The notes beneath the pieces were generated by a model, which saw only the letters and a list, made by a program, of their open reading frames with translations, had not been told where the DNA came from and searched no databases. A DNA stretch of 62,915 bases, filler included, from Catajapyx aquilonaris (taxonomy: Eukaryota), in the NCBI GenBank assembly GCA_000934665.2. It is 3 parts of 3 records of this genome, joined end to end, with 100 filler letters (N's around TTAATTAATTAA, not from the genome) between each part and the next. Parts side by side here need not be neighbours in the genome. Positions count along the whole stretch, not along the records: positions 43,580 to 62,915 come from JYFJ02006483.1; 2 more parts are not named here. One strand, 5' to 3'. Position numbers and translations under genes: made by a program. The stretch's first letter is position 1; the number at the start of each line of letters is the position of its first letter. This document shows, piece by piece, positions 50,100-61,029 of the stretch.

Positions 50100-53000
50100 A
50101 TTTCACGCATTCTGATCACCTGCATTATTTACAGCCTCGCTTACACTACAATAAGCCTGCATCACAGTTGTACAGTTTAACTACTCTATATTCTCGGTAT
50201 TCTCAAAACACTATATATATATATCCCAATTTGCTAAAAATTTACAAGATTATTAATGAAGTCTAAACTGTGTGCATTGCAGTGATATGTACGTTGAGAA
50301 ACACGAGAATGTCAGCATACTTTACGCCGACATTGTGAATTTCACTGAGCTGACGAGAAAACTGAGCATATCTCAGTTAGTGGAGACGCTGAATCAACTC
50401 TTTGGACAATTTGATGAAGCAGCAGATGTGAGTTCAATATTTTTTTACAACTTAACATACGATATTGTAACATGACTTTCATAACTAGCTGTGGTAGCTT
50501 GTGGAAAAGACCATTTATAGCCCCCATTATAAAATACTGGATGACTAAATTTAAATTATAGTATATAAATCAAAGCAACGCATTTATGATGAGTTGATCG
50601 ATTTATTAACTTTCACTAAACATCCATATCACAAGAAATATTCCTCATCGTTATTTTATTAAACGAATTAAACAAATATTCATTCGTATTAAACCAACTT
50701 CGTTCGAAGATTAATGTTGGGATTAAGAATCCCAACATTAATCTTCGAACTAATCCTAATAATCAAACAGCTGTTAAACGGACAAGACGCAACTCTTAAC
50801 TAGCGACAGAGGCAAGGCCTTCAGGGAGACCCTGTACTACAGTAATCAGCACCTCATGCCTAGGTGCAGGTGGTGTACTTTTCACTATCATGGAAATGAT
50901 TACGTGCCCGGATCCAATATTATCTTAGGACAAACAAGGTGCTTATTTTAGAGATTTAGACAAAGTAAATACAAGGCAGTTGATTCGTAAAAGAAGACCT
51001 GGTGGACATCCACCTGGGGGAAGGAAAACAGTTGTAAGTTGTTCAGATCAATCATTTTAAGCCTATGACATGAAAGAAATGCCCTAAATGCTCGCCGGGT
51101 ATTGATAACGAGACTAGTATAGAAATGCCACATATCTCTGAAGGCTTTTCCACTAATGCGAGATTAGAGTTGCGAGTTGCGCCTCATCAGTAGTGGCGAC
51201 TCCTAATGGCCGGTTTCACCAAGCCTGGTTTTCATAAAAACCCCGGTTCTTTCGGAAAATCCCTATTCTATTTGCAGGGATTTTCCGAAAGAACAGGGTT
51301 TTTTATGAAAACCGGGCTTGGTGAAACCGGTCATGACTGTCACAAACTTTTTATTTAACTTCTCTGATTAGGCTTTATTGACAAGTGCTTATTATTTTTG
51401 CCTAATTCTGCGAAAGGCTTACGATTAAGCAAGATTACTTAAAATGTTCATTTAAAGAAATTTTCCTGCCATCGCATAAAAATCCTTGGAGATTGTTACT
51501 ATTGTGTGTCCGGTGTACCCAATAAGACTCCTCATCATGCTAAGAACTGCGTGCGAATGGGACTGGAGATGATCGAAATTATACGAAGTGTTAGGTAAGT
51601 GTATTACGTCTGATTTATAGGTTAAAATGTTTGTGTTCATATTATTCTGATTTTTTAAAACTTATAGAGAGGAACGAGAAACTGATGTAGACATGCGAAT
51701 AGGAGTGCACTCGGGAAGCATTCTCAGTGGTCTGATGGGAAATCGCAAGTGGCAATTTGATGTATGGTCCAAAGATGTCACCATCGCTAATCACATGGAA
51801 CAGGCAGGAGAACCAGGGTAAAAATATACGTACTCCACTAGTTAGCTAAATAATAGTTGGTCAGAGTGCCTCACGTGGCCAGTAAAGAATTTTAATCTCT
51901 AAGCTGACTATACAGGCCATATTTTCAGACGGGTACACATCACTAAGCAAACGAAAGAGAATCTTGGGGACGAATTTCAAGTTGAAACACATTTAAATGG
52001 GAAAGTAGATGAGTATCTGGCTGAAAACAATATCGAGAGATATCTCGTGGTACCTCCCCATAAGAGCTGTCCTCAAACGGTAAGTTTGTAAGGTACTGTA
52101 AACCTGCACGAGGCCCACGTTGTTAACTAAATTTACTACTGTACTGATACTAACTCTAGCCAGTGGATGAAAGCGATGAGATTCGATTTATGGCTATGAG
52201 AGTCCACCAATTGAAAGGCCAACACAACACTAGAAGAGGAAGTGCAGCAGGTCCCGTCAGCATGAAAGCTCGAGTGAGTGACAGTGGTAATTTAGCCTAC
52301 ATCACTTTTTTGTCATTGTTAGGCTTACACTTATCTCCGTAATATTTTTCCTTAAAACTAGAGAAGAACGAGCATAGTCAAAGCGAGTATGCATAGGCGC
52401 AATACAGTGTTGATGGATGATCAATTGGCTGATTTTGTCAGGACTATGAATACGGTTGACACTCAAATGCAGACTGCGATTGATCAGATACCACTGAGAA
52501 AATATACGTATGTAATCAGAAAGATCCAGGATACAGTACTGTGCATAGATTGTCCAAGCCTCAAAGGCAGCAATGATCCATCGTCTTTTAAGTTGGACGA
52601 TCTTACGCTTTTACTTATTTTGTTAAACATTACAGACAGTGGTTTCATCCCGAAGGAATTAATCCATTTTTCCTCACATTCGATGACGTGTCGTGGGAAG
52701 TACCATACCAGAAGCAACCGGATCCACTCTTTAAATTCTATGTCACATGCTCCTTTTTTATTTTTCTCTGCACTGTGTCCATGCAGTATTTGGTTTTGCC
52801 CAGGTAGGTACCATGGTTATCAACTTTTTTCAGGTTCATATCGAAATCAGTGGGCCGAAATATTCGGATTCAAAGGTGCAATTTGCACTCCAAAATTGTC
52901 ATTTGCACTCCAAACTGACCCTTGGAATGCAAACTTTGCACTCCAATTGGCTCTGCTTTTAAACATACCCAGGATTTAAAAATTAAACACTCCAAGTAAG

Positions 53001-56000
53001 CCATTTGCGCTCCAGATTAAAGTCTGGAGTCCAAACTTTGCATCTGGACAAAAATTTTAAAATTCGACCCCTGAAATATCCTTCACTAAAATAATGATGA
53101 CGATAACTCAAACTATTTTAATAATGAAAGGCATGTGGTATAGCTTTCCTAAAATTACAGCTTCAAACCTCGAGTTATATTTCAAATTTTATGTTTGCAT
53201 AATATGTCTTCAATTCATAATACTGTATTTTGTAATAATATTTGCAGGCCATATGGGTACCTGTGGTTTTCTTTTGGTTCCACCATTGTTTTGGCTCTCA
53301 TACTGCTACCTTGCGTGTGGAGTGGATATGTTTGGAAGCTTCTGAAAGACCCACAAAAGGGAAAAACAGCAGGAGAAAATGAAATATATGATGCAGGTCT
53401 ACCTGTCATTCCACCGCCTCCAAGCCGACTGCTTAGCTTTTTGTACCGCACCTCTCAAGTCATTGCTAGTAGCTGGACCGCTAGGACTCTCATATTCACC
53501 CTGGTTGCTATTGTTGTTCAGACAAGTGCCCTCATTGACATGGTAAGATTAATATATTAAGGAAATTCAAGATAATCTGCCTTCCGTAACAGTAAAGACT
53601 TGCGAAGACCCTTCAAATAATGTTGTAGCAACCGAAATTCACATTTTGCTTTCCGGTTATCTGGTAATATATTAATTAATTAATTTTCACTTCAGGCGGA
53701 ATGCAATCCTATTCAAATTAATGCCACTGATGCCAATCATACTTTCCATCTGGGCAACTACAATGACAGTGCACAATACTGCATTGAGTGCCATCCTTGC
53801 ACATCACCCTGGGTAAGCATAACAATAACTATATTTACAGATTGTAATGTCAGTGCAGATTATAATACATTTTCCTTCAGTATTTTACTTATAGCTGTGC
53901 ACTGGGTATTATGGCATCACATGTATTCTTCAGGGTGCATTTTGTGTTCAAATTACTGATGAGTGCTGTTTCCGTCGCCACGTTTGGAATAGTTACATAT
54001 ACCTATAGATTCGCAGTGTTTCAGGTCAGTAATCCACTGCAGTAGAAGAAGTATAACACCATAATCATTGCTTTGCAATTTTAGGACCTTACTCATAGGA
54101 CACACAATACAGGGATGCAACCACTACCTTCTCACATATTTTATTTGACATTTGTTGCTGCTGCCTTTCACATTATGGACAGACAGGTAAGACATCACCT
54201 CATAATATAATGTAGAATGTTCTTCATCCTAAAAGTTTAAGGTCAAGAGAATTCTGAAGTGTAAATCACATTAATTACCCTTCCTCTCCCTCTCTGCCAT
54301 TTTTTCCCCAAATTCTAGATGGAGTATATAAGCAGGTTGGACTTCAAATGGAAGAAACAGTTAGCTAAGGAACAAGATGAGACCTCGACTACTCGTCTAG
54401 TAAACAAGTTACTTCTGCAAAACATATTACCAAGACACGTAGGTACGAGAAATGATACACTATCTTTTTACTTTTTTTCATAAAAGTATTCACACATTTT
54501 GTACTGTATAATTAGGTAGGCTACCACCATTTTGGCAATGTGCCTGTAAGTTGATGGTACATGGTAGTGTTGATAACTTCACGTGGACCAACACAAACTT
54601 TTCTACCACTCTGTCAAGTCTTCACATTTGGTGAAGAAATGACTGAAACGCTTCTTTTCTAATGATGGTCTTATTTTATTTGTGTCACCGAAGCAAATCG
54701 TTCTCTAAATCAGCCCTAAATTACCACACCAAATTACCACACAAATGTGATTACGCACTGCGAATGTGATATGATAGCTACTAATTCAGTATTGTCTTTT
54801 AATGTCATATGCCAGGAAAACAGCTTTTCATCACATTTCCTTACTTCCCCTTATTCCCACAGCTCAACTATACCTCCACAATAATCGATCACAAGAGACA
54901 CTATACCACGAGCAGTATTCCTGGGTAGCAGTTTTATTTGCTTCCATCCCAAACTACGTAGATTTCTACACCGAAACCGAATTCAACGACTATGGCAAAG
55001 GCAGCCTAAAAGTTCTCAATCAAATCATTTGTGATTTTGATAAGGTATGTTATTGCAACCTCGTTAAAAACAAAGGGATCAATATTTAGTGCGCCTTTAC
55101 ATGACAGATCACTGATATCATGCTTGACTTTCGACACTCAGCAGGACCCTGTTATCGGTTATCAGTCTTGGCAGTCTTGGCTATTCAGGGCAACTTTATC
55201 TGCAAGTTTTCTGGCAGTCTTCTGTTCAGCAAGTTTTTAAAAACCACATTCATGAAAAGCATTCAAGATTGATATGAAATTAGGCTTACATAATTATGTA
55301 CACTTCCACTTACATCCACGTACGAAACAGAGTAAATCATTAACATTGATCAAAGAAGTAAAAGCCAAAAAATATTCCAAAAGGAACCTCGCCCTGACCT
55401 CATCGGGAAAGGGCAGGTTACATCTATGGATGTGAGATGGAGGGTGGAGAATTAAAAATAAGAGGAAATGTCGGATGTCAACCGAATTTGGCATATGCGA
55501 CTTCCACATAATTATCTTTATCATATTTATCCCTGGAATTACTTATAAACAAGTGCACGTAACTCGTAAGGTTTAATGGTTCGTCTTCATTTGAATACTA
55601 CTGTATAAAATATGACTATCTGGCTGATTTCTGGCTCATTGTTCTTTTCTTTACTTTCTTTCTTCTTTTTTTTTTTTTTTTTTGCAGATTCTTTACGAAC
55701 CTCAATTTTCACATGTGGAGAAGATCAAAGTTGTTGGGAGTACATACATGGCTGCATGCGGGTTAGATCCAGGACGCAAGAGTTCATCGGATTATGTAGT
55801 ATCTGCTGAACAAGTTGCGGAACAAGCTGGAGCTAACGCTGTAACTATGGTCCATTTTGCCGCTGCCATGATGGTAGCTCTCAGCAAAATCAACAGAGAA
55901 TGTCACCAGTCATTTCAACTTAGAATCGGTAAAATTAGTGTACAGTGGAGCCTCGATTATCCGAAACAATGGGGGACTGGGGGTGTTCGGATAACTGATT

Positions 56001-57092
56001 TTTCGGATAACCGAAAAACGGTATATTTTGTATCGCAGGCACGTCTTTAAAATACATACACCTTATACTTAAAGTAGTATACATTAAAGTAGGCCTACAG
56101 TTTAGGAAAAGAAGTCAAATATTTTCTTTTGCTTCAGAGCTGAGACTCGTTTTTTAGCTGCTAAATCTCGCGTGAAAATTTGAATTTTCCGACTCGAATG
56201 CTTTCGGCTAACCGAGGTTTGGGTAGATCGGTATTCGGATAATCGAGGCTCCACTGTATTAAACTTATTTCAAACTATTTATGTTTAAACCAAATATTCC
56301 TCTGATGATTAGGTGTAGATTGTGGACCAGTTATGGCTGGAGTTGTAGGTGCTCAAAAGCCTTTCTATGACATATGGGACAATACAGTCAATATGGCATC
56401 AAGAATGGATTCAACTGGTATCATGGGCAATATTCAGGTATGCTGCCATATATCAAACACTAGTGCAGTAGTTTCCAACCTTTTACAAACTGCGACCCCC
56501 TAAACATGTTTCCGTAAATGTGCGACCCCCCCCCTCCTCCCCTCCCCATCCCCCTCTACAACTGCCCCTTTCCAGAGAACATACACTCTGTACAGCTGCA
56601 AAAATGGTTCAATTGACACAGAAATGTTTAAAAAAAAAGTTTAACCAAGGCTCACGACCCCCCGCGACCCTGCCCCCGACCCCCCGGTTGGAAACCACTG
56701 CACTTAGGGCCGGTTTCACCGAGCTTGGTATATATGATAAAACCAGGTTTCTTTAGGAAAATCCATACAAATAGATAGGGATTTTGAGAAATACCCTGGT
56801 TTTATCATATACTGAGCTCGGTGAAACCGGCCCTTAGTGCAATAGTGGTCGTGGATTTATCGGAATTTTAAACACTGTTCTGCAATATTATAAAGGCAGT
56901 GTAATTCACTCTTTCACCATATCATTTTAGGTCACAGAAAAATGCGCCGAGGTTTTAATGTCAAAAGGAGTAAACTGTAAATGTCGAGGAGAGATATTTG
57001 TGAAAGGAAGAGGTGCAATGACGACGTTTACGGTCTGTCTGGACGAACATTTCAAGATCATCACGGACGACTTTGGAAGTACTTACTTATGA
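46167..57092 (+). CDS. Transmembrane class III adenylyl cyclase (AC2/ACX-like), 21 coding exons, about 1140 aa
   Basis: Manual splice model is phase-consistent (3423 nt) given one GC donor. M1-C1-M2-C2 architecture. C1 motifs [43 protein letters not shown]2 motifs [43 protein letters not shown] at 57106-57111. Confidence 0.93.
46410..46550 (+). CDS. Adenylyl cyclase exon 2
   Basis: ttcag|[18 protein letters not shown]...LNS|gtgagt. Confidence 0.88.
46789..47139 (+). CDS. Adenylyl cyclase exon 3 (M1 helices)
   Basis: STVPEVAAQ...VYVYLPLP...ATRR|gtaggt; an alternative in-frame acceptor exists at 46776. Confidence 0.82.
47592..47741 (+). CDS. Adenylyl cyclase exon 4
   Basis: tttag|IIADVIFY...[13 protein letters not shown]...EKEHE|gtacag. 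Confidence 0.9.
47823..47938 (+). CDS. Adenylyl cyclase exon 5
   Basis: [13 protein letters not shown]...KNP(F); 3' end placed at an inferred GC donor (gcaagt). Confidence 0.8.
49204..49440. mobile_element. hAT-type MITE, right end truncated
   Basis: cagtggttcccaacctttt plus repeated cgacccc subterminal motifs; related to 56466-56700. Confidence 0.65.
49682..49937. mobile_element. MITE-like inverted-repeat element
   Basis: atgaagacctcggggaggagcgatcaaggtccac / gtggaccttgatcgtccttctcccgaggtcttcat. Confidence 0.65.
50038..50099. repeat. (TAG)n microsatellite
   Basis: Perfect trinucleotide run. Confidence 0.95.
50283..50427 (+). CDS. Adenylyl cyclase exon 6 (start of C1a)
   Basis: [21 protein letters not shown]...FGQFDEAAD|gtgagt. 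Confidence 0.9.
51207..51333. mobile_element. PIF/Harbinger-type palindromic MITE
   Basis: tggccggtttcaccaagcc ... ggcttggtgaaaccggtca with taa/tga flanks; relative of 56707-56833. Confidence 0.8.
51458..51594 (+). CDS. Adenylyl cyclase exon 7
   Basis: [19 protein letters not shown]...IIRSV|gtaagt. Confidence 0.9.
51668..51817 (+). CDS. Adenylyl cyclase exon 8
   Basis: [11 protein letters not shown]...[23 protein letters not shown]. Confidence 0.92.
51929..52079 (+). CDS. Adenylyl cyclase exon 9
   Basis: RVHITKQT...[13 protein letters not shown]|gtaagt. Confidence 0.9.
52160..52273 (+). CDS. Adenylyl cyclase exon 10
   Basis: ctag|PVDESDE...SMKAR|gtgagt, phase 0 at both ends; poorly conserved C1b region. 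Confidence 0.7.
52362..52507 (+). CDS. Adenylyl cyclase exon 11
   Basis: [19 protein letters not shown]...IPLRKY|gtatgt. Confidence 0.8.
52636..52803 (+). CDS. Adenylyl cyclase exon 12
   Basis: [15 protein letters not shown]...QPDPLFKFY...LVLP|gtaggt. Confidence 0.88.
53248..53542 (+). CDS. Adenylyl cyclase exon 13 (M2 helices)
   Basis: [10 protein letters not shown]...SALIDM|gtaaga. Confidence 0.85.
53696..53812 (+). CDS. Adenylyl cyclase exon 14
   Basis: [11 protein letters not shown]...CTSPW|gtaagc; extracellular loop with NxS/T sequons. Confidence 0.85.
53881..54024 (+). CDS. Adenylyl cyclase exon 15
   Basis: YFTYSCALG...FKLLM...AVFQ|gtcagt. Confidence 0.88.
54085..54186 (+). CDS. Adenylyl cyclase exon 16
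   Basis: DLTHR...FHIMDRQ|gtaaga. Confidence 0.88.
54319..54442 (+). CDS. Adenylyl cyclase exon 17
   Basis: [12 protein letters not shown]...[13 protein letters not shown]. Confidence 0.92.
54863..55044 (+). CDS. Adenylyl cyclase exon 18
   Basis: QLYL...[17 protein letters not shown]...[10 protein letters not shown]|gtatgt. Confidence 0.92.
55688..55928 (+). CDS. Adenylyl cyclase exon 19
   Basis: [25 protein letters not shown]...FQLRI. Confidence 0.92.
55943..56256. mobile_element. pogo/Tigger-type MITE
   Basis: TA|CAGTGGAGCCTCGATTATCCGAA ... TTCGGATAATCGAGGCTCCACTG|TA. Confidence 0.88.
56313..56437 (+). CDS. Adenylyl cyclase exon 20
   Basis: [38 protein letters not shown]|gtatgc. Confidence 0.92.
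56466..56700. mobile_element. hAT-type MITE
   Basis: cagtagtttccaacc ... ggttggaaaccactg; left flank cactagtg, the right copy interrupted by a PIF MITE. Confidence 0.8.
56707..56833. mobile_element. PIF/Harbinger-type palindromic MITE
   Basis: TTA|GGGCCGGTTTCACCGAGCT ... AGCTCGGTGAAACCGGCCC|TTA. Confidence 0.88.
56931..57092 (+). CDS. Adenylyl cyclase exon 21 (last)
   Basis: VTEKCAEVL...[15 protein letters not shown]...GSTYL*. Confidence 0.9.
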   Translation, partial: VTEKCAEVLMSKGVNCKCRGEIFVKGRGAMTTFTVCLDEHFKIITDDFGSTYL

Positions 57093-57599
57093 GAAAATTA
57101 TTTAAAATAAATTAAAAATCCTACAAGATGATGTTCACTTTCTTTTTATTCTTGTTATATTACCTCAAAATTAACTCTGGAACCGTGACGTGGGGTCTTT
57201 TAGTACCCCAAAGGAATTAAAATGCATTAAAATTAAAATGAACCGTTGACATTTAAAAAAAAGTATAACAGGAAGTGCATGTTAATTTTGAATTAGTGAT
57301 CATTTTAGGCATTGTTCAAATAATGATTGCATATACTGTAGTCAATACATTGAAAAGAGTATTATACAGGGTGGGCCACCTAACTTTATACAGGCGCTCA
57401 GGTCTGCACTGTTGCCAATCATGTTAAGTACGTCAGATGGAAGTTGTAGGATATCAAGGGGGACATAAGATGCATGCAATGAAAGATTCCCAAGTGTTTT
57501 GGCGATTGGATAACGAAGGTAAAAAAAGGTAAACTGGCCAACCCGTTACAGCCAGACAGCTGGTGGACACATCTCCAAACTCTCTATGCCGACCAGACA

Positions 57600-59900
57600 T
57601 CATCTCCTCCTCAACTGTTGCCCTTGAATCCAGAGCCGGTCATCTCAAAGGTCCATGCTACGTTAATTGCCCCAGTATTGCAGGACGAACCGGCGAACGC
57701 ACTCTCAAGACTGAACAGAGGCAAGTCAACGGGGCCGGACAATATTTCTAACAATGTGTTGAAAATAAAGTCAGTAGTGCTTTTTAATTTTTTTAATTTT
57801 TAAAAAATTATTTTAATTATTTTAATTTTATTTATTTTTTACCCTGTGATAGAGCTCGTGGCTCTCTTAGGGGGGAAGGGGAGGTTCCCAAGGGAGGTCA
57901 CTGTAATTATAGTCATTTCTGACTTTGTGAAATACACCAGACCTTTTCTGCTGGCCCCGGGCAGAGTAGGGAGTGCAATCCTGCCCCGGCATGTCTGGTG
58001 AAAAGTGGAAAAAGACCCGGCCAAGCAGAGGTGACGGGGACGGGATTTGATCCCCGGCCTCCCGCTTGGCTGGCCAGCGGCGTAACGCTAGACCACCATG
58101 CCGCCCCCAGTGCTTTTTAATTTCCTACTAGAACAGATTAATTACTGCTTAAATTCTACTCTAATACCGTCGGCATGGCCTGTCGCTTCAGTAATTCCGA
58201 TATATAAGGGTGATCCCGTAAATCCAGCCAACTATAGACCGATAACTCTTTTCAACAACATATTCAAATTGTATACGTCGATACTAGTGAGATGTCTATC
58301 ACAGCATTGGGCCGAAAGCAAAAAACTTTTCCCAGATACGCAAGCAGCATTCAGGAAGGGTCGTGGTTGCCTTGATCAAATTTTTTTGCTTAACACTTTT
58401 GTTCAACACCAACTGTCGAAACCAAAAGGCAGGGTGTTTACGCTCTTTTTAGACCTGTCCAAGGCATTTGACAGCGTGCAACATGATAAATAATTGTGGA
58501 GTTGCCTCTACTGGCGGGGGGCGCCACCTCAGTTTATCAACGTACTGATAAACATTTATTCCAATGTACGTCTGTCTTCACAGAACGGCACCTCTCCAGA
58601 TTTAAAGGTAAATTGTGGTGTGATGCAAGGTGAACCCCTGTCGCCGGTCCTTTTTAATTTATTCATATCAGATATAGATGCTTATATGCAGACAGCCGGC
58701 ACTCCCGGCTTGATGACTGCGATAAATTCTCCAGATCTTCACCTACTTGCGTATGCTGATGATGTAATTTCGATGAACCCACTCTATTTTGCAAAAAACA
58801 TCCAACACCTGGCTAACATTTTCCGCGCGAAGGGCTTGCAGATAAATCTGGAAAAAACCAAGGTCATGGTCTTCTCCAAAATGGGCAGGCTCTACAAGCG
58901 GAATTTTACTATCCATGCTATAACTTTGGATCAAGTTGTAAGTTACATAATATTTAGGGGTGCCATTCTTTAGTAATGGTAATTTTCACCGCACGGCAAA
59001 ATATTTTGTGGCCAAAGCTAAAGCCACGGTATATTCCCATGGCCTACCCTCCTCAAACTCAAGAACAGAAATCCGCACTTTGCAATAAAGTTTTTTACTC
59101 AAAGATTTTTCCGGTGCTGGCTTATGCCTCGCCCATCTGGGCCCCAGGACATTACGAGGAACTGGAGATAATTTTTAACTTCTTTCTGAGGAAATTCCTG
59201 GCACTGCCGAAAACGACTGCAGGTTACTTTCTTCGTTTAGAACTCAGTGTGGCACCCATGCAAGTTAGACTGTTGAAATTACTTATTGGATACATTCGCA
59301 AATTGCTGTTGTCTCCGGATCATTTGCTATTAAAGCTAGCATGGTCTAGAAGTGTTGCGGCCCTTCAGTCTCAAGGTAAAAAGCTAATTTTGCTGAAGCT
59401 GGTGGAAGCACAAGCTAAAGGAATAACAATTCATTTTGGTTCTCCTGCTGACTGTGATCCTGTTAACTGTTGTGCCGAACTAACCGAGAAACTCCTAACT
59501 GAAGATTTACACAAATTACAGCTTATGACTAGATATTTGGAGTATAACGAGTCTGTTTTCAAGGGTGTGAATAATACAGAATATTTGTCCTCTTATTTAC
59601 CACTTCCTGTTATTAGACTGATAATCAGGCAACATCAAAAATGGCTCCAGATATTTAAGAGCGGGCCCCAACATGATAGAACTGAAGAATGATCTCGATT
59701 GTACCTTTTGTAATTATTGTACTCCTTTCGATTTATATCATGTTATTTGTGTATGTCCTTTTTTTAGTGTTCCAAGAGCATCCTTTTTGTACTCTTTTCC
59801 ACCTGCCCCAAATCTTAACATAGCCTACTTGCAATGGTAAACAATGTCACAGGCCCCAATTAATATAACCTGTTAAAATTTTTGACCAATGTAGCGAAGC
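57600..59900 (+). mobile_element. Decayed 5'-truncated non-LTR retrotransposon (RTEX-like) ORF2: RT plus C-terminal CCHC
   Basis: KSTGPDNI, YRPITL, QAAFRKGR, FLDLSKAFDSV, GVMQGEPLSPVLFN, AYADD, and CTFC..HVICVC near 59700; in-frame stop at 58491-58493 and frameshifts. Confidence 0.9.
57791..58108 (-). mobile_element. tRNA-derived SINE inserted into the LINE
   Basis: 15-bp TSD agtgctttttaattt (57776-57790, 58109-58123); tail cccctaagagag..ctatcacagggta followed by an A-rich run. Confidence 0.85.
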
Positions 59901-59918
59901 GTATAAATTTTGCCATGC

Positions 59919-60284
59919 ATTGTCGGATTCAAAGCTTGACGGAATTCCTGGGTTTTCCCCAACCACCCAAATCCTCCATCCCCGACTACACCATATCCAA
60001 ATGTGACCATTTCTTCCGAGCCTAATCCGCAAAAGGGTTCTCAAGAAAGAGATTAAAATGCGATGGTGCCATTTAAATAATTAGGCCACGTGACCACTCT
60101 AGTGACACATGATCAGCCGAATCGGAACCTATGCAACACCGGTTTCTGGCCTGGCCCAATACGAACCCTTTTCCGGATTAGGCGTGGGAAGCAATGTTCA
60201 CATTTTGGAGGTTTGGGGTTGGGTTGGGAGGATTAGGGTGGTTGGGAAAAGCCAGGAACTCCGTCAAGCTTTGAATCCGACAAT
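59919..60284. mobile_element. MITE with about 120-bp inverted arms
   Basis: attgtcggattcaaagcttgacgga / tccgtcaagctttgaatccgacaat. Confidence 0.75.
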
Positions 60285-60738
60285 ATTAACTCTAACTCGC
60301 AGCATATGTAAATGTTCTATCTGGTTACTTTTTTTGCTCTCCCCCTAAAGGCATAACAGCCAAATGGGGTAAAGACTAAAGACTAGTCGGTTAGTCAGCT
60401 TAGCGTCAACCAACACGAGCTACACTTCATGAGGTATAAGCATCCTCCTCCTCGTCATCAGACGAATCAGCATCTTCCTACAGGGGCAAAGCAGAGAGTG
60501 ACATTAAAAATTTTTAAACAAGTTAAATCAGATGAAAGTGATCCAGTCAACTGTACAATAAGCCCAGGAACTAACGTTTTCCAAAAGTTCTCAAATGTTT
60601 TCCTCATCTCACAAGGGAAAGTGTTGTCCATGGAGTTTCTGGATGAAATTGGCACAATAATATAGGCAGGTAAGTTATTAAAGAAAATGCAAACAATTTA
60701 GGCGGATGCCCACAAGGTCAAATGTTATGACCTCTCGA

Positions 60739-61029
60739 ACTCACAAGGGACACTCTCCAGGGTCTCACCGATTTTTTTGAAATTCGATACATTTGTAGGC
60801 CACCCCACAAACGCACCTAAAGTGACCTGCTCAAAATACCAATGCACCGAATTTCAAGAAAATTGGTGAGTTTTCGGTATTTTAGAGTTGACCTCTGTCC
60901 CCCGAAAAGAGGTCACTGGGTCATTTTGAGCAGGTCACTTTAGGTGTGTTTTTCATCCCTTGGGGTGGCCTACCAATGTACCGAATTTCAAGAAAATGGG
61001 TGAGACCTTGGAAAGTGTAGCTTGTGAGT
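60739..61029. mobile_element. Non-autonomous TIR element (ACTCACAAG family)
   Basis: actcacaagg...cttgtgagt flanked by tcga on both sides; internal repeats shared with 955-1740. Confidence 0.78.

Noticed and set aside
51130..51200. Minus-strand CTGATGAG...GAAA as a hammerhead ribozyme
   Set aside because: I could not form stem II closing onto GAAA or a stem III with a cleavage triplet.
52389..52979. 196-aa ORF as a separate gene
   Set aside because: Read-through of cyclase exon 11 into the intron and an off-frame exon 12.
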